Origin: Patescibacteria group bacterium
Lineage (GTDB): Bacteria > Patescibacteriota > Microgenomatia > UBA8517
DNA: 64,000 nt
Direction: 5' to 3'
NCBI GenBank assembly: GCA_026416845.1
Contig: JAOAEL010000005.1
Location: 229 to 64,228, forward strand
Both the position numbers and the translations under genes were made by a program. Shown one piece after another: positions 17,451-27,600 of the stretch (the stretch's first letter is position 1; each line of letters begins with the position of its first letter). The notes under the pieces are model-generated. The model was not told the origin of the DNA. It ran no database searches and saw nothing but the letters and a program-made list of their open reading frames with translations.

Positions 17451-19769
17451 TTACTTTTCAGAAGCAATTTGAACATCAATATTTTTTACAACCTGCGGCA
17501 AAGTCCCTAACTTGACAGGCAATTTGGGTTTAAGTTTAATCTCAGCTCGAACATATCCAGGCACCTCATTTTGCAAAATTTCCTCCGCAATTTCAGGATA
17601 TTTTCCTCTTATTTTTTGACTAATTAAATCTGGATTTACTTGAGGAAGTAAATTTACAGAAACAAAGATGTCAAAAAAATAAAAATTGTCATCTTTTTTA
17701 ATTAAACTGAAATAAAAGTCAATTTGATCTTGACGTAAAACAAAACCTTCAGGAATTTTGGAGTTTACAATTGATTCAACAAAATCCAAAATTTTGGATT
17801 TATCAAGAGTCAAAGCCTTAACTGTTACATCAAGAAAAAGTTCGACACTATTAGCTTCTGCGCCAACATTATGCGAAAATCGACTTTCATTGGTAATTAC
17901 TTCAAATGAATCATTTATAAGAACTTCATCTAAAGATAATAACTCTTCAAACTCAGACTTGGCTATCAAAACAAGTTCTTCTTTTAAGCTATTTGTCAAC
18001 TCTTTGTGATCATTAACAGTAACAGCAGCAACTTCCCGACTTGTACCTCCTGAAAAGGCATTTTGATTTTTACCTTCAATATCACTAACTGAATAATTAG
18101 AAACTAAAAAAGATGCCCCAGCTGCCAAATTATAATCTGCACCAATTTGCATAGCAGTAACAGATACCTTTGACTCTGAAGGAGAGCTTGCAGAACCACT
18201 AGCAACAACAACATCATCATCTAAAGTAAATTTTAGACCTCCCGGACCAGCTAAAATTGTTCCTGCTTTTAACACTATTTGAGAACCAACTCTATATAAA
18301 GTAACTTCGCCTTTTGCTTTCTCCCCAATAATTTTTGTTCCGGAAGTTTCCTTTGTCTTCCTACCAGAAACATTAGTCTTTATAATGTTCCCATATAAAA
18401 TTCCAGAATTTATATCTTCTTCTTTTGCGTTTTCAACAACTTTTAGTTGAAACTTTTCTTCCAACTTTCTTGGGGAAACATAAATTACAACTTCTGCAGT
18501 TGGATAATTCCACCAAAAAATAAAGAATCCCAAAAAAACAAGCAAAAAAACAAAAAAAGCAGCAACAAATTTTATTTTCACAATTGAAATTAAACGGTTA
18601 AAAAAAGAGGTCAAAAAGTAAGGTTTAAAAAGTGTAAAACTTTTGATAATTTTCTGATCTTTAGAATTATCATGCATATGCTCTTGATTTTGGAATTTTT
18701 GAACAGAACTTTGATCGTTCTGAGATACAGCAACTTTTTCGTCTTGATAGTGTTCAATTACACCCAAATTTTCAAAATCATTAACTTCACCGCTTAAATT
18801 GTTGCCTAGATTAGTTAAGTTTTTATGCATTTCTTCAAAAAAACTATTATCAAAAGACTTGGTTTCAAATCCAAAATACTTCGGTGGCAAATCTTCTTGA
18901 TTTTGATTTTGTAAAAAATTAGCATCCTCTTTAAAAACTATTTCGTCAACTTTAGAAGAAAAACTATTGTCAGTGTTTGCTAATCCCGATAACGACAATC
19001 CTTTAGCGTGTGCAATTTCAACCCCACCACCAAGGGAAACCGCTCGCACTTTCTCGTCACACGTAAAAACTTCCACTTTGGGTTGATGGGTAAACCGTAA
19101 ATTTACAAATTCTTTCCAATTAAATGCTAACAAATCTTGTCTTAAATCTTCCAACTCAGATTCTTTTCCTCCATACAAAACAAAACGATTGGGAATTCCG
19201 TCCGAAATGGAAAATCTTACTAACCCTTCAATAACATCCTCAACTAAAGAAACGCTTTTTAAAACTGATGTAACACCAACCAAATTTCCCAGTTTAAATA
19301 CAGATATTTCAACAAATTTTTTATAACATCCAATAAAAACAGCAGAAACAGAAGAATGTTCTTGGTATTTCAAATAAAGAGCAATTGCCTCTGGCAAGAC
19401 AACAAAACCAATAGGCTTTAAGCCAAGTTGCTCACACAAACTTTTTATTTCTGATAAATAATTAGGCTTTATAGCTCCATCCGCCAACCAGCTATTAGTA
19501 ACTCCAAAAACCGTTTTTGCAGGATCTTTAGCATTTGAAGGTAATTCTGAAACAACAGAAGATAACGCAGAGTCCGTAGCATCAACTAAATCTTGAAAAG
19601 ACTCCCAAGCTATAGCTGGACTAATGTGAGTTACTTGCACTATGCCCTCTACAACACGCCAAGCACCAACTTGAACAAAATTCGGTTCTATCAAAAGTGC
19701 CCAAAAATATTCTTCATTATTTTTTACAAGATTTCTATTCTGAATGGGCAGGAATTTTTTTAGGTCCAT
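17451..19769 (-). CDS. Single-pass membrane protein: degenerate actin-like (FtsA/PilM-like) N-domain, low-complexity linker, TM, baseplate-J-like extracellular domain
   Basis: N-domain has ASKHA-like remnants (GFVVLPEAIA, AVFIG..KKFVEISVF); TM is FVAAFFVFLLVFLGFFIFWW; the C-terminal part has KAKGEVTL, LKAGTIL, KFTLDDDV, VTAMQIGADYN and NQNAFSGG, resembling the Baseplate_J/gp47 pattern. Confidence 0.6.
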   Translation of the reverse strand: MDLKKFLPIQNRNLVKNNEEYFWALLIEPNFVQVGAWRVVEGIVQVTHISPAIAWESFQDLVDATDSALSSVVSELPSNAKDPAKTVFGVTNSWLADGAIKPNYLSEIKSLCEQLGLKPIGFVVLPEAIALYLKYQEHSSVSAVFIGCYKKFVEISVFKLGNLVGVTSVLKSVSLVEDVIEGLVRFSISDGIPNRFVLYGGKESELEDLRQDLLAFNWKEFVNLRFTHQPKVEVFTCDEKVRAVSLGGGVEIAHAKGLSLSGLANTDNSFSSKVDEIVFKEDANFLQNQNQEDLPPKYFGFETKSFDNSFFEEMHKNLTNLGNNLSGEVNDFENLGVIEHYQDEKVAVSQNDQSSVQKFQNQEHMHDNSKDQKIIKSFTLFKPYFLTSFFNRLISIVKIKFVAAFFVFLLVFLGFFIFWWNYPTAEVVIYVSPRKLEEKFQLKVVENAKEEDINSGILYGNIIKTNVSGRKTKETSGTKIIGEKAKGEVTLYRVGSQIVLKAGTILAGPGGLKFTLDDDVVVASGSASSPSESKVSVTAMQIGADYNLAAGASFLVSNYSVSDIEGKNQNAFSGGTSREVAAVTVNDHKELTNSLKEELVLIAKSEFEELLSLDEVLINDSFEVITNESRFSHNVGAEANSVELFLDVTVKALTLDKSKILDFVESIVNSKIPEGFVLRQDQIDFYFSLIKKDDNFYFFDIFVSVNLLPQVNPDLISQKIRGKYPEIAEEILQNEVPGYVRAEIKLKPKLPVKLGTLPQVVKNIDVQIASEK

Positions 19770-19797
19770 TTTTATTTCTTTGTTTTAATGCTTACTG

Positions 19798-21717
19798 CTA
19801 CAAGGTGACATAAAGTCTAATAACACCATCGCCAATTTTCTCTTGCTTTTTTATCCTAACATGACCTATTTCTGAAGTGCGAGCAACATGCGGGCCATTG
19901 CATATTTCTTTGGAAAACCACCCATCAGAATTAAAAGCGCTCAAATTGGCACTTGTATTAGCATCTCCACCAATAGTGTAAACAGACACAATCTCAGGAT
20001 ACCGCTCCAAGAAAAAACCCAAAGCGCCCTGCTTTATAGCCTCATGTTTAGGCATCTCCTGCTTTGTCACAACCAAATCTTGATTTATCGCTTCATTTAT
20101 CATGTCTTCAACTTCTTTTAGTTGATCCTCAGTTAGTTTGGATTGATGGGAAAAATCAAATCTTAGTCTTTCACCGGTAATATGCTGACCTTTTTGAGAA
20201 ACATGTTTACCAAGCACATGCCTCAGAGAAGATTGCAACAAATGTGCAACTGTATGAAGTCTGATAGTCCTTTCTTCTTGATCCGCAAGTCCTCCTTTAA
20301 ACATACCGGCGACAGACGTCCTTGAAATTTCTCTGTGTTTTTTAAATTCTTTTTGAAAAACCAATAACGCGTCTTTTGCAATAACTCCAGATTCACTTTT
20401 TGCTATTTCCTCTGTCAACTCAAAAGGAAAACCGTCGCTTTGATACAAATCAAAAGCAAATTTCCCATCTATTATCTGTTTGTTATAAATTCTTTTTCTT
20501 AGTTTGACTAAACCTGTAGCCAATGTTTTTTCAAACTTCCCAACCTCATTTTCCAAGACTTCCTTTATTTCATTCCAAGGTTTAAGTTGAATTGGGTAAT
20601 CGTCCAATTCCAAATTGGCAATATCAGGTAAAATGCCTCTTTCCACATGCCCTCCATGCAGAAGGGATGCATGAAAAACAGCTCTTCTTATAAGCCTTCG
20701 CAAAACATAGCCTGCCTCTTTATTTGAAGGAGTTACACCACTTGAGATAATCATGGCAGATGCCCTTAAATGATCTGCAACTATTCTTATGCTTGTATCA
20801 ACTTTCGGTGATGATAAATAAGTTACATTGTATTTTGCTTCTATTGGCCTAACAAAGCGTTGCATCAAATCAAGCATAAAAACATCTTGCTGATTGTTTA
20901 CAACCATAGACAAACGCTCTAACCCTCCTCCAAAATCAACATTCTTTTGAGGCAGTTCGGACAACCCACCAACTTCGTTTTTTTTATACTGTATAAAAAC
21001 CGAGTTTCCTATTTCTATAAACCGCCCGCAATCACAATTAATATGACAAGGCTTATCTTTAAATTTGGAATTTTCATGCAATTTAAACTCCGCCCCAAAA
21101 TCGTAAAAGATTTCCGAGTCTGGCCCGCCAATTTCTCCAATTGGCATTTGTTCTGGTGGACCTGACCTGCTCCACCAATTTTTAGAAGCCGGATATGCAA
21201 AGATTCTGGCATTTCTGTTGGCACTTCCAATATCCAAAGTCAAAGATTCCTCAGCAGGGATATCGTAAGAATTGAATATCTCTTTCCAAATTCCTATAGA
21301 AGCGTAATCTTTCTCAACTTCTTCGTTGCCTTCAAAAACGCTAACATATAATCTTCGTGGATCTAAACCCAAACCATATTCTTGATTCACTAAAAATTCA
21401 AAAATAAATGGCAATTGTTGAGACTTGAAATAATCCCCCAAAGACCAATTGCCAAGCATTTCAAAAAAAGTCAAATGCCTGTTATCTCCAACTTCGTTTA
21501 TATCTTGAGTCCGAATGCATGGTTGCGAATTAGTAAGTCTTTTGCCATCTGGATGAGGACTACCCAATAAATAAGGAACCAAAGGTTGCATTCCAGAAGA
21601 AGTAAATAAGGTAGTTGAGTCATTTTCCAATACCAAAGATGCTGGTGATATCTTTTTATGCCCTCTTAAATTTGTAAAATAATTCAGATATCTTTTTCTT
21701 ATCTCGCATGTATTCAT
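19798..21717 (-). CDS. alaS: Alanine--tRNA ligase, short form without C-Ala domain
   Basis: TLFTSSGMQP, HLTFFEMLGNWS, DFGGGLERL, GYVLRRLIRRA; editing motifs HTVAH and EICNGPH. Confidence 0.95.
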   Translation of the reverse strand: MNTCEIRKRYLNYFTNLRGHKKISPASLVLENDSTTLFTSSGMQPLVPYLLGSPHPDGKRLTNSQPCIRTQDINEVGDNRHLTFFEMLGNWSLGDYFKSQQLPFIFEFLVNQEYGLGLDPRRLYVSVFEGNEEVEKDYASIGIWKEIFNSYDIPAEESLTLDIGSANRNARIFAYPASKNWWSRSGPPEQMPIGEIGGPDSEIFYDFGAEFKLHENSKFKDKPCHINCDCGRFIEIGNSVFIQYKKNEVGGLSELPQKNVDFGGGLERLSMVVNNQQDVFMLDLMQRFVRPIEAKYNVTYLSSPKVDTSIRIVADHLRASAMIISSGVTPSNKEAGYVLRRLIRRAVFHASLLHGGHVERGILPDIANLELDDYPIQLKPWNEIKEVLENEVGKFEKTLATGLVKLRKRIYNKQIIDGKFAFDLYQSDGFPFELTEEIAKSESGVIAKDALLVFQKEFKKHREISRTSVAGMFKGGLADQEERTIRLHTVAHLLQSSLRHVLGKHVSQKGQHITGERLRFDFSHQSKLTEDQLKEVEDMINEAINQDLVVTKQEMPKHEAIKQGALGFFLERYPEIVSVYTIGGDANTSANLSAFNSDGWFSKEICNGPHVARTSEIGHVRIKKQEKIGDGVIRLYVTL

Positions 21718-21781
21718 AATTAAGATTATACCTGAATTAAAATTTCTAAAAAAGGGAATGACCTGTTATTGAATTTTTACT

Positions 21782-22045
21782 TTAAAACTTTTGTTCTGGC
21801 CCAAAAACTTCTTTTATTTCGTGCAAATTCTTATCTTTTTTATTCTTCAACAAACTAAAAACATTCATTAATTTTTCTGAATTTATAAGTCCTCCACCCA
21901 CTAACAAATCGCTTAACATAATATCTATTTTCTTCAGAATTGATCTTACCTCCAAAATCATTAAAAAAACCTGCAATCCAACAATCATAACTAAAATTGT
22001 TAATGTAACAATTACAATAACCAAAAATAATTGAACATTATCCAT
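21782..22045 (-). CDS. Small membrane protein (N-terminal TM, unknown function)
   Basis: 87 aa, ATG start 9 nt after the upstream stop, long hydrophobic N-terminus. Confidence 0.7.
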   Translation of the reverse strand: MDNVQLFLVIVIVTLTILVMIVGLQVFLMILEVRSILKKIDIMLSDLLVGGGLINSEKLMNVFSLLKNKKDKNLHEIKEVFGPEQKF

Positions 22046-22054
22046 ATTTAAGAT

Positions 22055-22678
22055 CTACTCTTGCACATTAATTATAACCTTTTTTGTTGTTTCTTTTCCT
22101 GCCCTAGAAACTGACTTGATTATAACTTCCTTAGTTTCAGTGCTAACCTCGATCTCAGTAAAAAACCTGCCATCCTTTTCAACATAAGCAGTTTGATTAT
22201 TCACTCTAACAGTCGAATCCGGAGTTGTTTTCCCCTCTACCACAAAATAGCGCGATTTAATTACTTCATTTTCAACAGGTTTGTAAATAACAAGGAACGG
22301 TGGAGAGTTGAAAGATATATATTGAAAAATAATATACGCTACAAAAATCGCAAGCGTCATTGCCATAAGCACAAAAAATGTATATTTCGGTTGCCAAATA
22401 AAACCTGTAGCTATCTCTTTTTGAGGGACAAGGTTTTTTTGATCAAGAGAGTAGTCTCTTCTTAAGGTTAAAACGAGTCTATCTTCACTTAATTCCAAAC
22501 ATTGGGCAATGCGTTTAACAAATCCAGCAACAGTAGTATACTCTGGTAATTCTCTCCATTTTTCTTGCTCAATTTTTGCTATAAAATCTTGTTTTATCTT
22601 GGTGAGCTTGGACAAATCGGCTAACGTCATTTTCTTTGACAATCTCGCTTCACGAATAATTACTCCAATGGTGCGCAT
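22055..22678 (-). CDS. RodZ-like protein: HTH, TM, Ig-like C-terminal domain
   Basis: XRE-type HTH (GVIIREARL...LSKLTKIK..FIAKIE...LPE...GFVKRIA), one TM, beta-rich C-terminus; follows ftsK. Confidence 0.75.
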   Translation of the reverse strand: MRTIGVIIREARLSKKMTLADLSKLTKIKQDFIAKIEQEKWRELPEYTTVAGFVKRIAQCLELSEDRLVLTLRRDYSLDQKNLVPQKEIATGFIWQPKYTFFVLMAMTLAIFVAYIIFQYISFNSPPFLVIYKPVENEVIKSRYFVVEGKTTPDSTVRVNNQTAYVEKDGRFFTEIEVSTETKEVIIKSVSRAGKETTKKVIINVQE

Positions 22679-22700
22679 AACTATAACTTATGTAATATTT

Positions 22701-24860
22701 TCAATCTCTTTTAGAAGACGCAGGCGATAGCACTTCATCAGGATTTTTGATTAATACTTCCCTTGGTTTTGATGACCCATCTGATGGGCTTACAACACCA
22801 GCAGCTTCAAGTTGGTCCATAATCTTGGCGGCGCGAGCATAGCCTATTGACAATCTTCTTTGGAAAAGTGACGCTGAAGCGCGACCAAATTGACATGCTA
22901 TTTTCACCGCTTCAGCAAAGTACTCATCAGTCTCTCCTTCAACTCCTGGGATAGAAGATTGTCCATGCTTGGACATATTTAAGACCTCTTCCGTATACCT
23001 AGGCGGAATACCTTGACTTTTGACAAAAGAAATTAAAGCTGCATTATCTTTGTCAGAAATCCACGCACCTTGTATACGAATTGGTTTGGCGACATCTGAG
23101 GGCAAATATAACATATCTCCTTTGCCTAACAACTTCTCTGCCCCCGGCCCATCCAGTATTACTCTTGAATCAATTTGAGACGCAACAGCAAAAGCAATTC
23201 TTGATGGAATGTTTGCTTTTATCAATCCGGTTATAACATCAACAGATGGCCTTTGCGTGGCAAGGACCATGTGGATACCTGTAGCACGACTCATTTGAGC
23301 TATTTTTGTAATGCAATCTTCAACCTCAACAGGAGAAAAAAGCATAATATCTGCAAGCTCGTCTATAATTACAACTATGTATGGAAGCGCTTGGAATCCA
23401 GACATTTCATTATAGCTTGCAATGTTTCTAACTCCCGCCTCCGCAAACAATTTGTAGCGAGAATTCATCTCAGATATTATCCAACGCAAGGCAGATATAA
23501 CTTTTTCTGGTTCAACTATGACAGGCGACAAAAGATAAGGAATACCATTGTAACCTGTTAATTCAACTCTTTTGGGGTCAACCATTATAAACTTTACCTC
23601 CGAAGGAGAAGCGCGAAAAAGAATCGTTGATATAAATGTGTTAATACAAATGCTCTTACCGGAACCTGTTTGACCCGCTATTAATAAGTGTGGCATTTTA
23701 CCCAAATCAGCAACAACTGGTTTGCCGGAAACATCTAGCCCAAGCGCCACAGCTATTTTTGATGGATTAGACCTAAGAACATCAGATTCCATCATTTGTT
23801 TCAAAGTTACAAACTCTGGAGACCTATTTGGAAGCTCAATCCCAACAAGAGATCTTCCTGGGATCGGGGCCTCAATACGGATTGTGCCGGTAGGAGCGGC
23901 AAGAGCCAGTGCCAAATCCCGCTCAAGACTCGTGATTTTTGAAAGTTTTGTGCCCAAAGCAACCTCGATTGCATACTGGGTAACAGCAGGTCCGGGATTT
24001 ACTTCTACAACCCTTGCTGTAATACCAAAAGATTCAAGTGTTTGTTCAATGGTAGATGCGTTTCTTTTAACATCTCCACGATCCGCTTTTTTAACAAGCT
24101 CATCGTTCAACAGGTCAACAGGTGGATATTTCCATATTTTTTCTTCGCCAGGAATGTTTGAAGCTATAGCTTGGGCTACAGAAAGTGAAAGATTAGGATC
24201 TTTTTTTACTGGTTCTTCTGCTTCTTTGTCATTTAGACCAACATTAATTGAAAGATTAGGCTGAGTTTTATTTAAAGACAAATCATTTAGCTTACTTCCC
24301 AAAACCTTTAATTCTTTCTTGGGTAACAAAGAATCCTTGGTCGTGTTTGATGTAAACACAGGAAATTTTCTTATTACATATTGATTAAACATTTTTGCAA
24401 AGAACAAAAATACTTGATCCACCGAAGTGTTTAACAAAATCACCAAACTCATAAAGAGTAAAGCAATAAAAACAAAAAAAGCACCAATAGAGGTCGCCAA
24501 CGAAGCTATTCCCTCCCAGGAAGAACTTCCTACAATTCCAGACCTGGTAATCCCGCACAAAGACAAAAACATCAAAACCGAACCGACAACAACATTGGGC
24601 TGCCCAATAACAGTTTTTGTCTTGGATACAAGAAAAGCAAAACTTACAAAAATAAATGGCAAAAATATAGAGACCCAAGAAAATAAAAAAATAAAAAAAT
24701 CATTTACTTTTTGAAGCAATAGCCCCTGACGCAAAAAAGAAACGATCACCAAAACAGCCAACAGAAAAAATGAAATTTGAACAATAGAGAAAATTGTTTG
24801 CGGTTTTAGTTTTAACCGCATTGCTTTTGTAGACTTTGTTCTTTTACGTTTTTTTGCCAT
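22701..24860 (-). CDS. ftsK: DNA translocase FtsK/SpoIIIE
   Basis: 4-TM N-terminus, RIEAPIPG, PHLLIAGQTGSGKS, IIDELAD, ATQRPS, gamma domain QRRLSIGYARAA. Confidence 0.97.
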   Translation of the reverse strand: MAKKRKRTKSTKAMRLKLKPQTIFSIVQISFFLLAVLVIVSFLRQGLLLQKVNDFFIFLFSWVSIFLPFIFVSFAFLVSKTKTVIGQPNVVVGSVLMFLSLCGITRSGIVGSSSWEGIASLATSIGAFFVFIALLFMSLVILLNTSVDQVFLFFAKMFNQYVIRKFPVFTSNTTKDSLLPKKELKVLGSKLNDLSLNKTQPNLSINVGLNDKEAEEPVKKDPNLSLSVAQAIASNIPGEEKIWKYPPVDLLNDELVKKADRGDVKRNASTIEQTLESFGITARVVEVNPGPAVTQYAIEVALGTKLSKITSLERDLALALAAPTGTIRIEAPIPGRSLVGIELPNRSPEFVTLKQMMESDVLRSNPSKIAVALGLDVSGKPVVADLGKMPHLLIAGQTGSGKSICINTFISTILFRASPSEVKFIMVDPKRVELTGYNGIPYLLSPVIVEPEKVISALRWIISEMNSRYKLFAEAGVRNIASYNEMSGFQALPYIVVIIDELADIMLFSPVEVEDCITKIAQMSRATGIHMVLATQRPSVDVITGLIKANIPSRIAFAVASQIDSRVILDGPGAEKLLGKGDMLYLPSDVAKPIRIQGAWISDKDNAALISFVKSQGIPPRYTEEVLNMSKHGQSSIPGVEGETDEYFAEAVKIACQFGRASASLFQRRLSIGYARAAKIMDQLEAAGVVSPSDGSSKPREVLIKNPDEVLSPASSKRD

Positions 24861-24986
24861 GGCAGGTAGAAGCTTATATTATTATAATTACCCAATCAAT
24901 AAAAAGGCATAAACTTAATATGACCATATTTTTTTAGGTAAAATATAGTTATTAGTTAAACAACTATCAAAAATCTCTGAAAAAAC

Positions 24987-25199
24987 ATGACTGAAGCTGG
25001 AAAAATTTTAATCACAATAGGAATTGTTTTAGTGCTGGCGGGAATTCTAATTTCTTCCACCGACAAACTGCCTTTTATTGGTAAACTACCAGGAGATTTT
25101 TTGATTAAAAAAGAAGGCTTTACCTTTTATTTCCCTTTAACAACTTCCATTATTGTCAGTATAATTCTCTCGTTGCTTTTCAAGCTTTTTAATAAATGA
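24987..25199 (+). CDS. DUF2905-family small membrane protein
   Basis: GKILI..G...G(K/R)LPGD.....FYFPLTTSIIVSIILS signature. Confidence 0.8.
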   Translation: MTEAGKILITIGIVLVLAGILISSTDKLPFIGKLPGDFLIKKEGFTFYFPLTTSIIVSIILSLLFKLFNK

Positions 25200-25257
25200 A
25201 AATTCAGAAAATCTAAAAAACCCAAAGTCAATATAAACACTCAAAATTAGACTTAAA

Positions 25258-26910
25258 TCAAATCTCCACAACAAGAGGCAATATCATTGGCCTTCTGCCT
25301 GTTTGAGAAAAGAAAAATTTTTCCAGATAATCTGTGGCGCTTGATTTTATTATGTAATTGTTTCTATATTCTTTTTTTTCAAGATAGGCTTTTAATCTCT
25401 TTGCAGCTTTGTCTAAAATTTTTTTCATTTTCACCTCAAAAACAAATCCCCGACTAATAATCTCTGGCACCTCAACTAACTTTCCACTTGTTGAATCAAT
25501 CTTAAGTAAAATAATTGCAATTCCATCTGTTGCCATAGTTTGACGATCTCTTAAAACCACATTGCCAACATCACCAATACCTAATCCATCCACTAATATC
25601 TTTTTTGTATTGATTGACTCTTTCTGATGACCAATTCCGTTAGAAAATTCAATAACTCCACCTTCACCCAGTTCAAAAACATTGCTTTCAGCAATACCCA
25701 TTCTCACAGCAATATCTTTTGCAGCATGCATTTGTCTTATCGTGCCACCAATAGGAATGTAATATTTTGGCTTCACTAAACCAAAAAGCATCTCAATATC
25801 TTTCACACAACCATGCCCCGAAACATGCAAATCTTCCTGCATATCGTAATAATGAACATCTGCGGACAGCTCTATCAACCTATCCACAACAAAATCAATG
25901 CTATCTTTTGAACCTGGAGGGCCAGGATCGGAGGAAAAAATAACCACATCGTCCTTTCCAACAATAATTGTTTTGTGTTCCCCAAGAGCTACTTTATAAA
26001 GCGCGCTAGTAGGTTGTCCATAGCTTCCCGAGATAATATACATCCTTTTCTTTTCGGGAAGTTTAATGATTTCATGCAATGGAATTATCAAATTTTTTGG
26101 AGAATTAACATAACCAAGTTTTTGGGCAATTTTAAATTTGCTATCTATCGATCTGCCAATCAACGAAATTTTGCGATCCGTTAGAATCGCAACATTAATA
26201 GCTTGCTGAATACGAGAGATATTAGAAGAAATAGTCGTAAAAAGAACTTGTCTCTTAGCACCTTCTACAATAGATAGTATTTGTTTTTCTATTTCTCTCT
26301 CGCTCTTTGTATAACCTGGATTTGTAGATCCCAGACAATCTGATGCAAGAGCAAGAACTCCACTAGATGCCAAAGTGGCCACCTTGGCAACATCAAATGG
26401 TTTGCCATCAACAGGCGACCAATCAAATTTAAAATCGGCAATATGAAATATGTTGCCATCTGGAGTTTCTATACAAAAACCAACGGTATCAGGAACAGAA
26501 TGAGAAATTCTAAATGGAACTATACGAAAAATTCCCAGATCTATTTCATCCTTATCAGGGTCAAAAACATTTACATAATTACTCTTAATGCCCGCTTCCT
26601 CGAATTTATTTTGCAAAAATCCCGCAACTAATCTAGTGCAGTATATTGGAATTTCTCCAATCTCACGAACTAAAAAAGGTACAGCTCCCATATGATCTTC
26701 ATGTCCATGTGTAATAACAATTGCCCTAAGTTTGCTTCTCCTTTCTTTTATGTAAGTAAAATCTGGAATAACCAAATCAACCCCATACATATCACTCTCG
26801 GGGAAACCAACACCACAATCGACAACAATCATGTCATCTTCGTATTCATAAACATACATGTTTTCCGCTACATTTGTCGTGCCTGACAATGCCACAAACC
26901 TAAGAGACAT
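25258..26910 (-). CDS. rnj: Ribonuclease J
   Basis: DCGVGFP, THGHEDH, HSVPD, HVSGH, GRRPMILP. Confidence 0.96.
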   Translation of the reverse strand: MSLRFVALSGTTNVAENMYVYEYEDDMIVVDCGVGFPESDMYGVDLVIPDFTYIKERRSKLRAIVITHGHEDHMGAVPFLVREIGEIPIYCTRLVAGFLQNKFEEAGIKSNYVNVFDPDKDEIDLGIFRIVPFRISHSVPDTVGFCIETPDGNIFHIADFKFDWSPVDGKPFDVAKVATLASSGVLALASDCLGSTNPGYTKSEREIEKQILSIVEGAKRQVLFTTISSNISRIQQAINVAILTDRKISLIGRSIDSKFKIAQKLGYVNSPKNLIIPLHEIIKLPEKKRMYIISGSYGQPTSALYKVALGEHKTIIVGKDDVVIFSSDPGPPGSKDSIDFVVDRLIELSADVHYYDMQEDLHVSGHGCVKDIEMLFGLVKPKYYIPIGGTIRQMHAAKDIAVRMGIAESNVFELGEGGVIEFSNGIGHQKESINTKKILVDGLGIGDVGNVVLRDRQTMATDGIAIILLKIDSTSGKLVEVPEIISRGFVFEVKMKKILDKAAKRLKAYLEKKEYRNNYIIKSSATDYLEKFFFSQTGRRPMILPLVVEI

Positions 26911-26945
26911 AATTTAATTTTATTCAATTAGTAAAAACAAAGAGA

Positions 26946-27581
26946 TTATATTAACCTTTCTTGCAGTATATTTTGTTTGCCATTGCTTGAATTTTTGTTA
27001 AGCACGTCTTTTAAAACCAAAGCAATGACTTTAAAATCTTCAAACAACTTTTTCTTAATTTCGCTGTTTCTTAGCCCAGCGGCAGGATGATACATGGGAA
27101 TAACAATTATCTCTCTGCCATTAAAAAAAGCCTTTTTTATCTTTCCATGCACTTGTGTTATTGTTACCCCTTCCAAAAACTTTGCCATAGAAAATCTGCC
27201 CAAAGTCACAATAATTTTCGGATTGATAACTTCAATAATCTTATCTAAATAAGGTTGATATGCCTTAATCTCAAATTGTTCAGGATCTCGATTGTTGGGC
27301 GGCCTATGATGCACGACATTTGTAATAAAAACTTCTTTTCTAGACAAGCCAATAGTCTCTAATAATTCGTTTAAGAGTCTGCCGGCATTTCCGACAAAAG
27401 GCAATCCCTTTTGATCTTCCCAATATCCAGGTCCTTCACCTATAAACAAAACCTTTGCATCCACATCTCCTTCGCCAAAAACTAAATTGTTCGCACTTTT
27501 TTTTAGAGGCAAATTATCATCAGCTTTCATTTTTTTAATAAGACCTATTAAAATTCGTCTTTTTTCTTCCCGTTTCATCAT
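26946..27581 (-). CDS. Uracil-DNA glycosylase, family 4-like, cysteine-free
   Basis: VFGEG, GEGPG..ED..G.PFVG.AG, RPPNNRDP, YHPAA. Confidence 0.92.
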   Translation of the reverse strand: MMKREEKRRILIGLIKKMKADDNLPLKKSANNLVFGEGDVDAKVLFIGEGPGYWEDQKGLPFVGNAGRLLNELLETIGLSRKEVFITNVVHHRPPNNRDPEQFEIKAYQPYLDKIIEVINPKIIVTLGRFSMAKFLEGVTITQVHGKIKKAFFNGREIIVIPMYHPAAGLRNSEIKKKLFEDFKVIALVLKDVLNKNSSNGKQNILQERLI

Positions 27582-27600
27582 TGACTATCTAAAAAAATAA

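Noticed and set aside
17451-18500. Baseplate-J-like domain as evidence of a prophage or contractile injection system
   Set aside because: No sheath, tube, spike, terminase, capsid or integrase genes in the window; the domain is fused to a TM protein among core genes.
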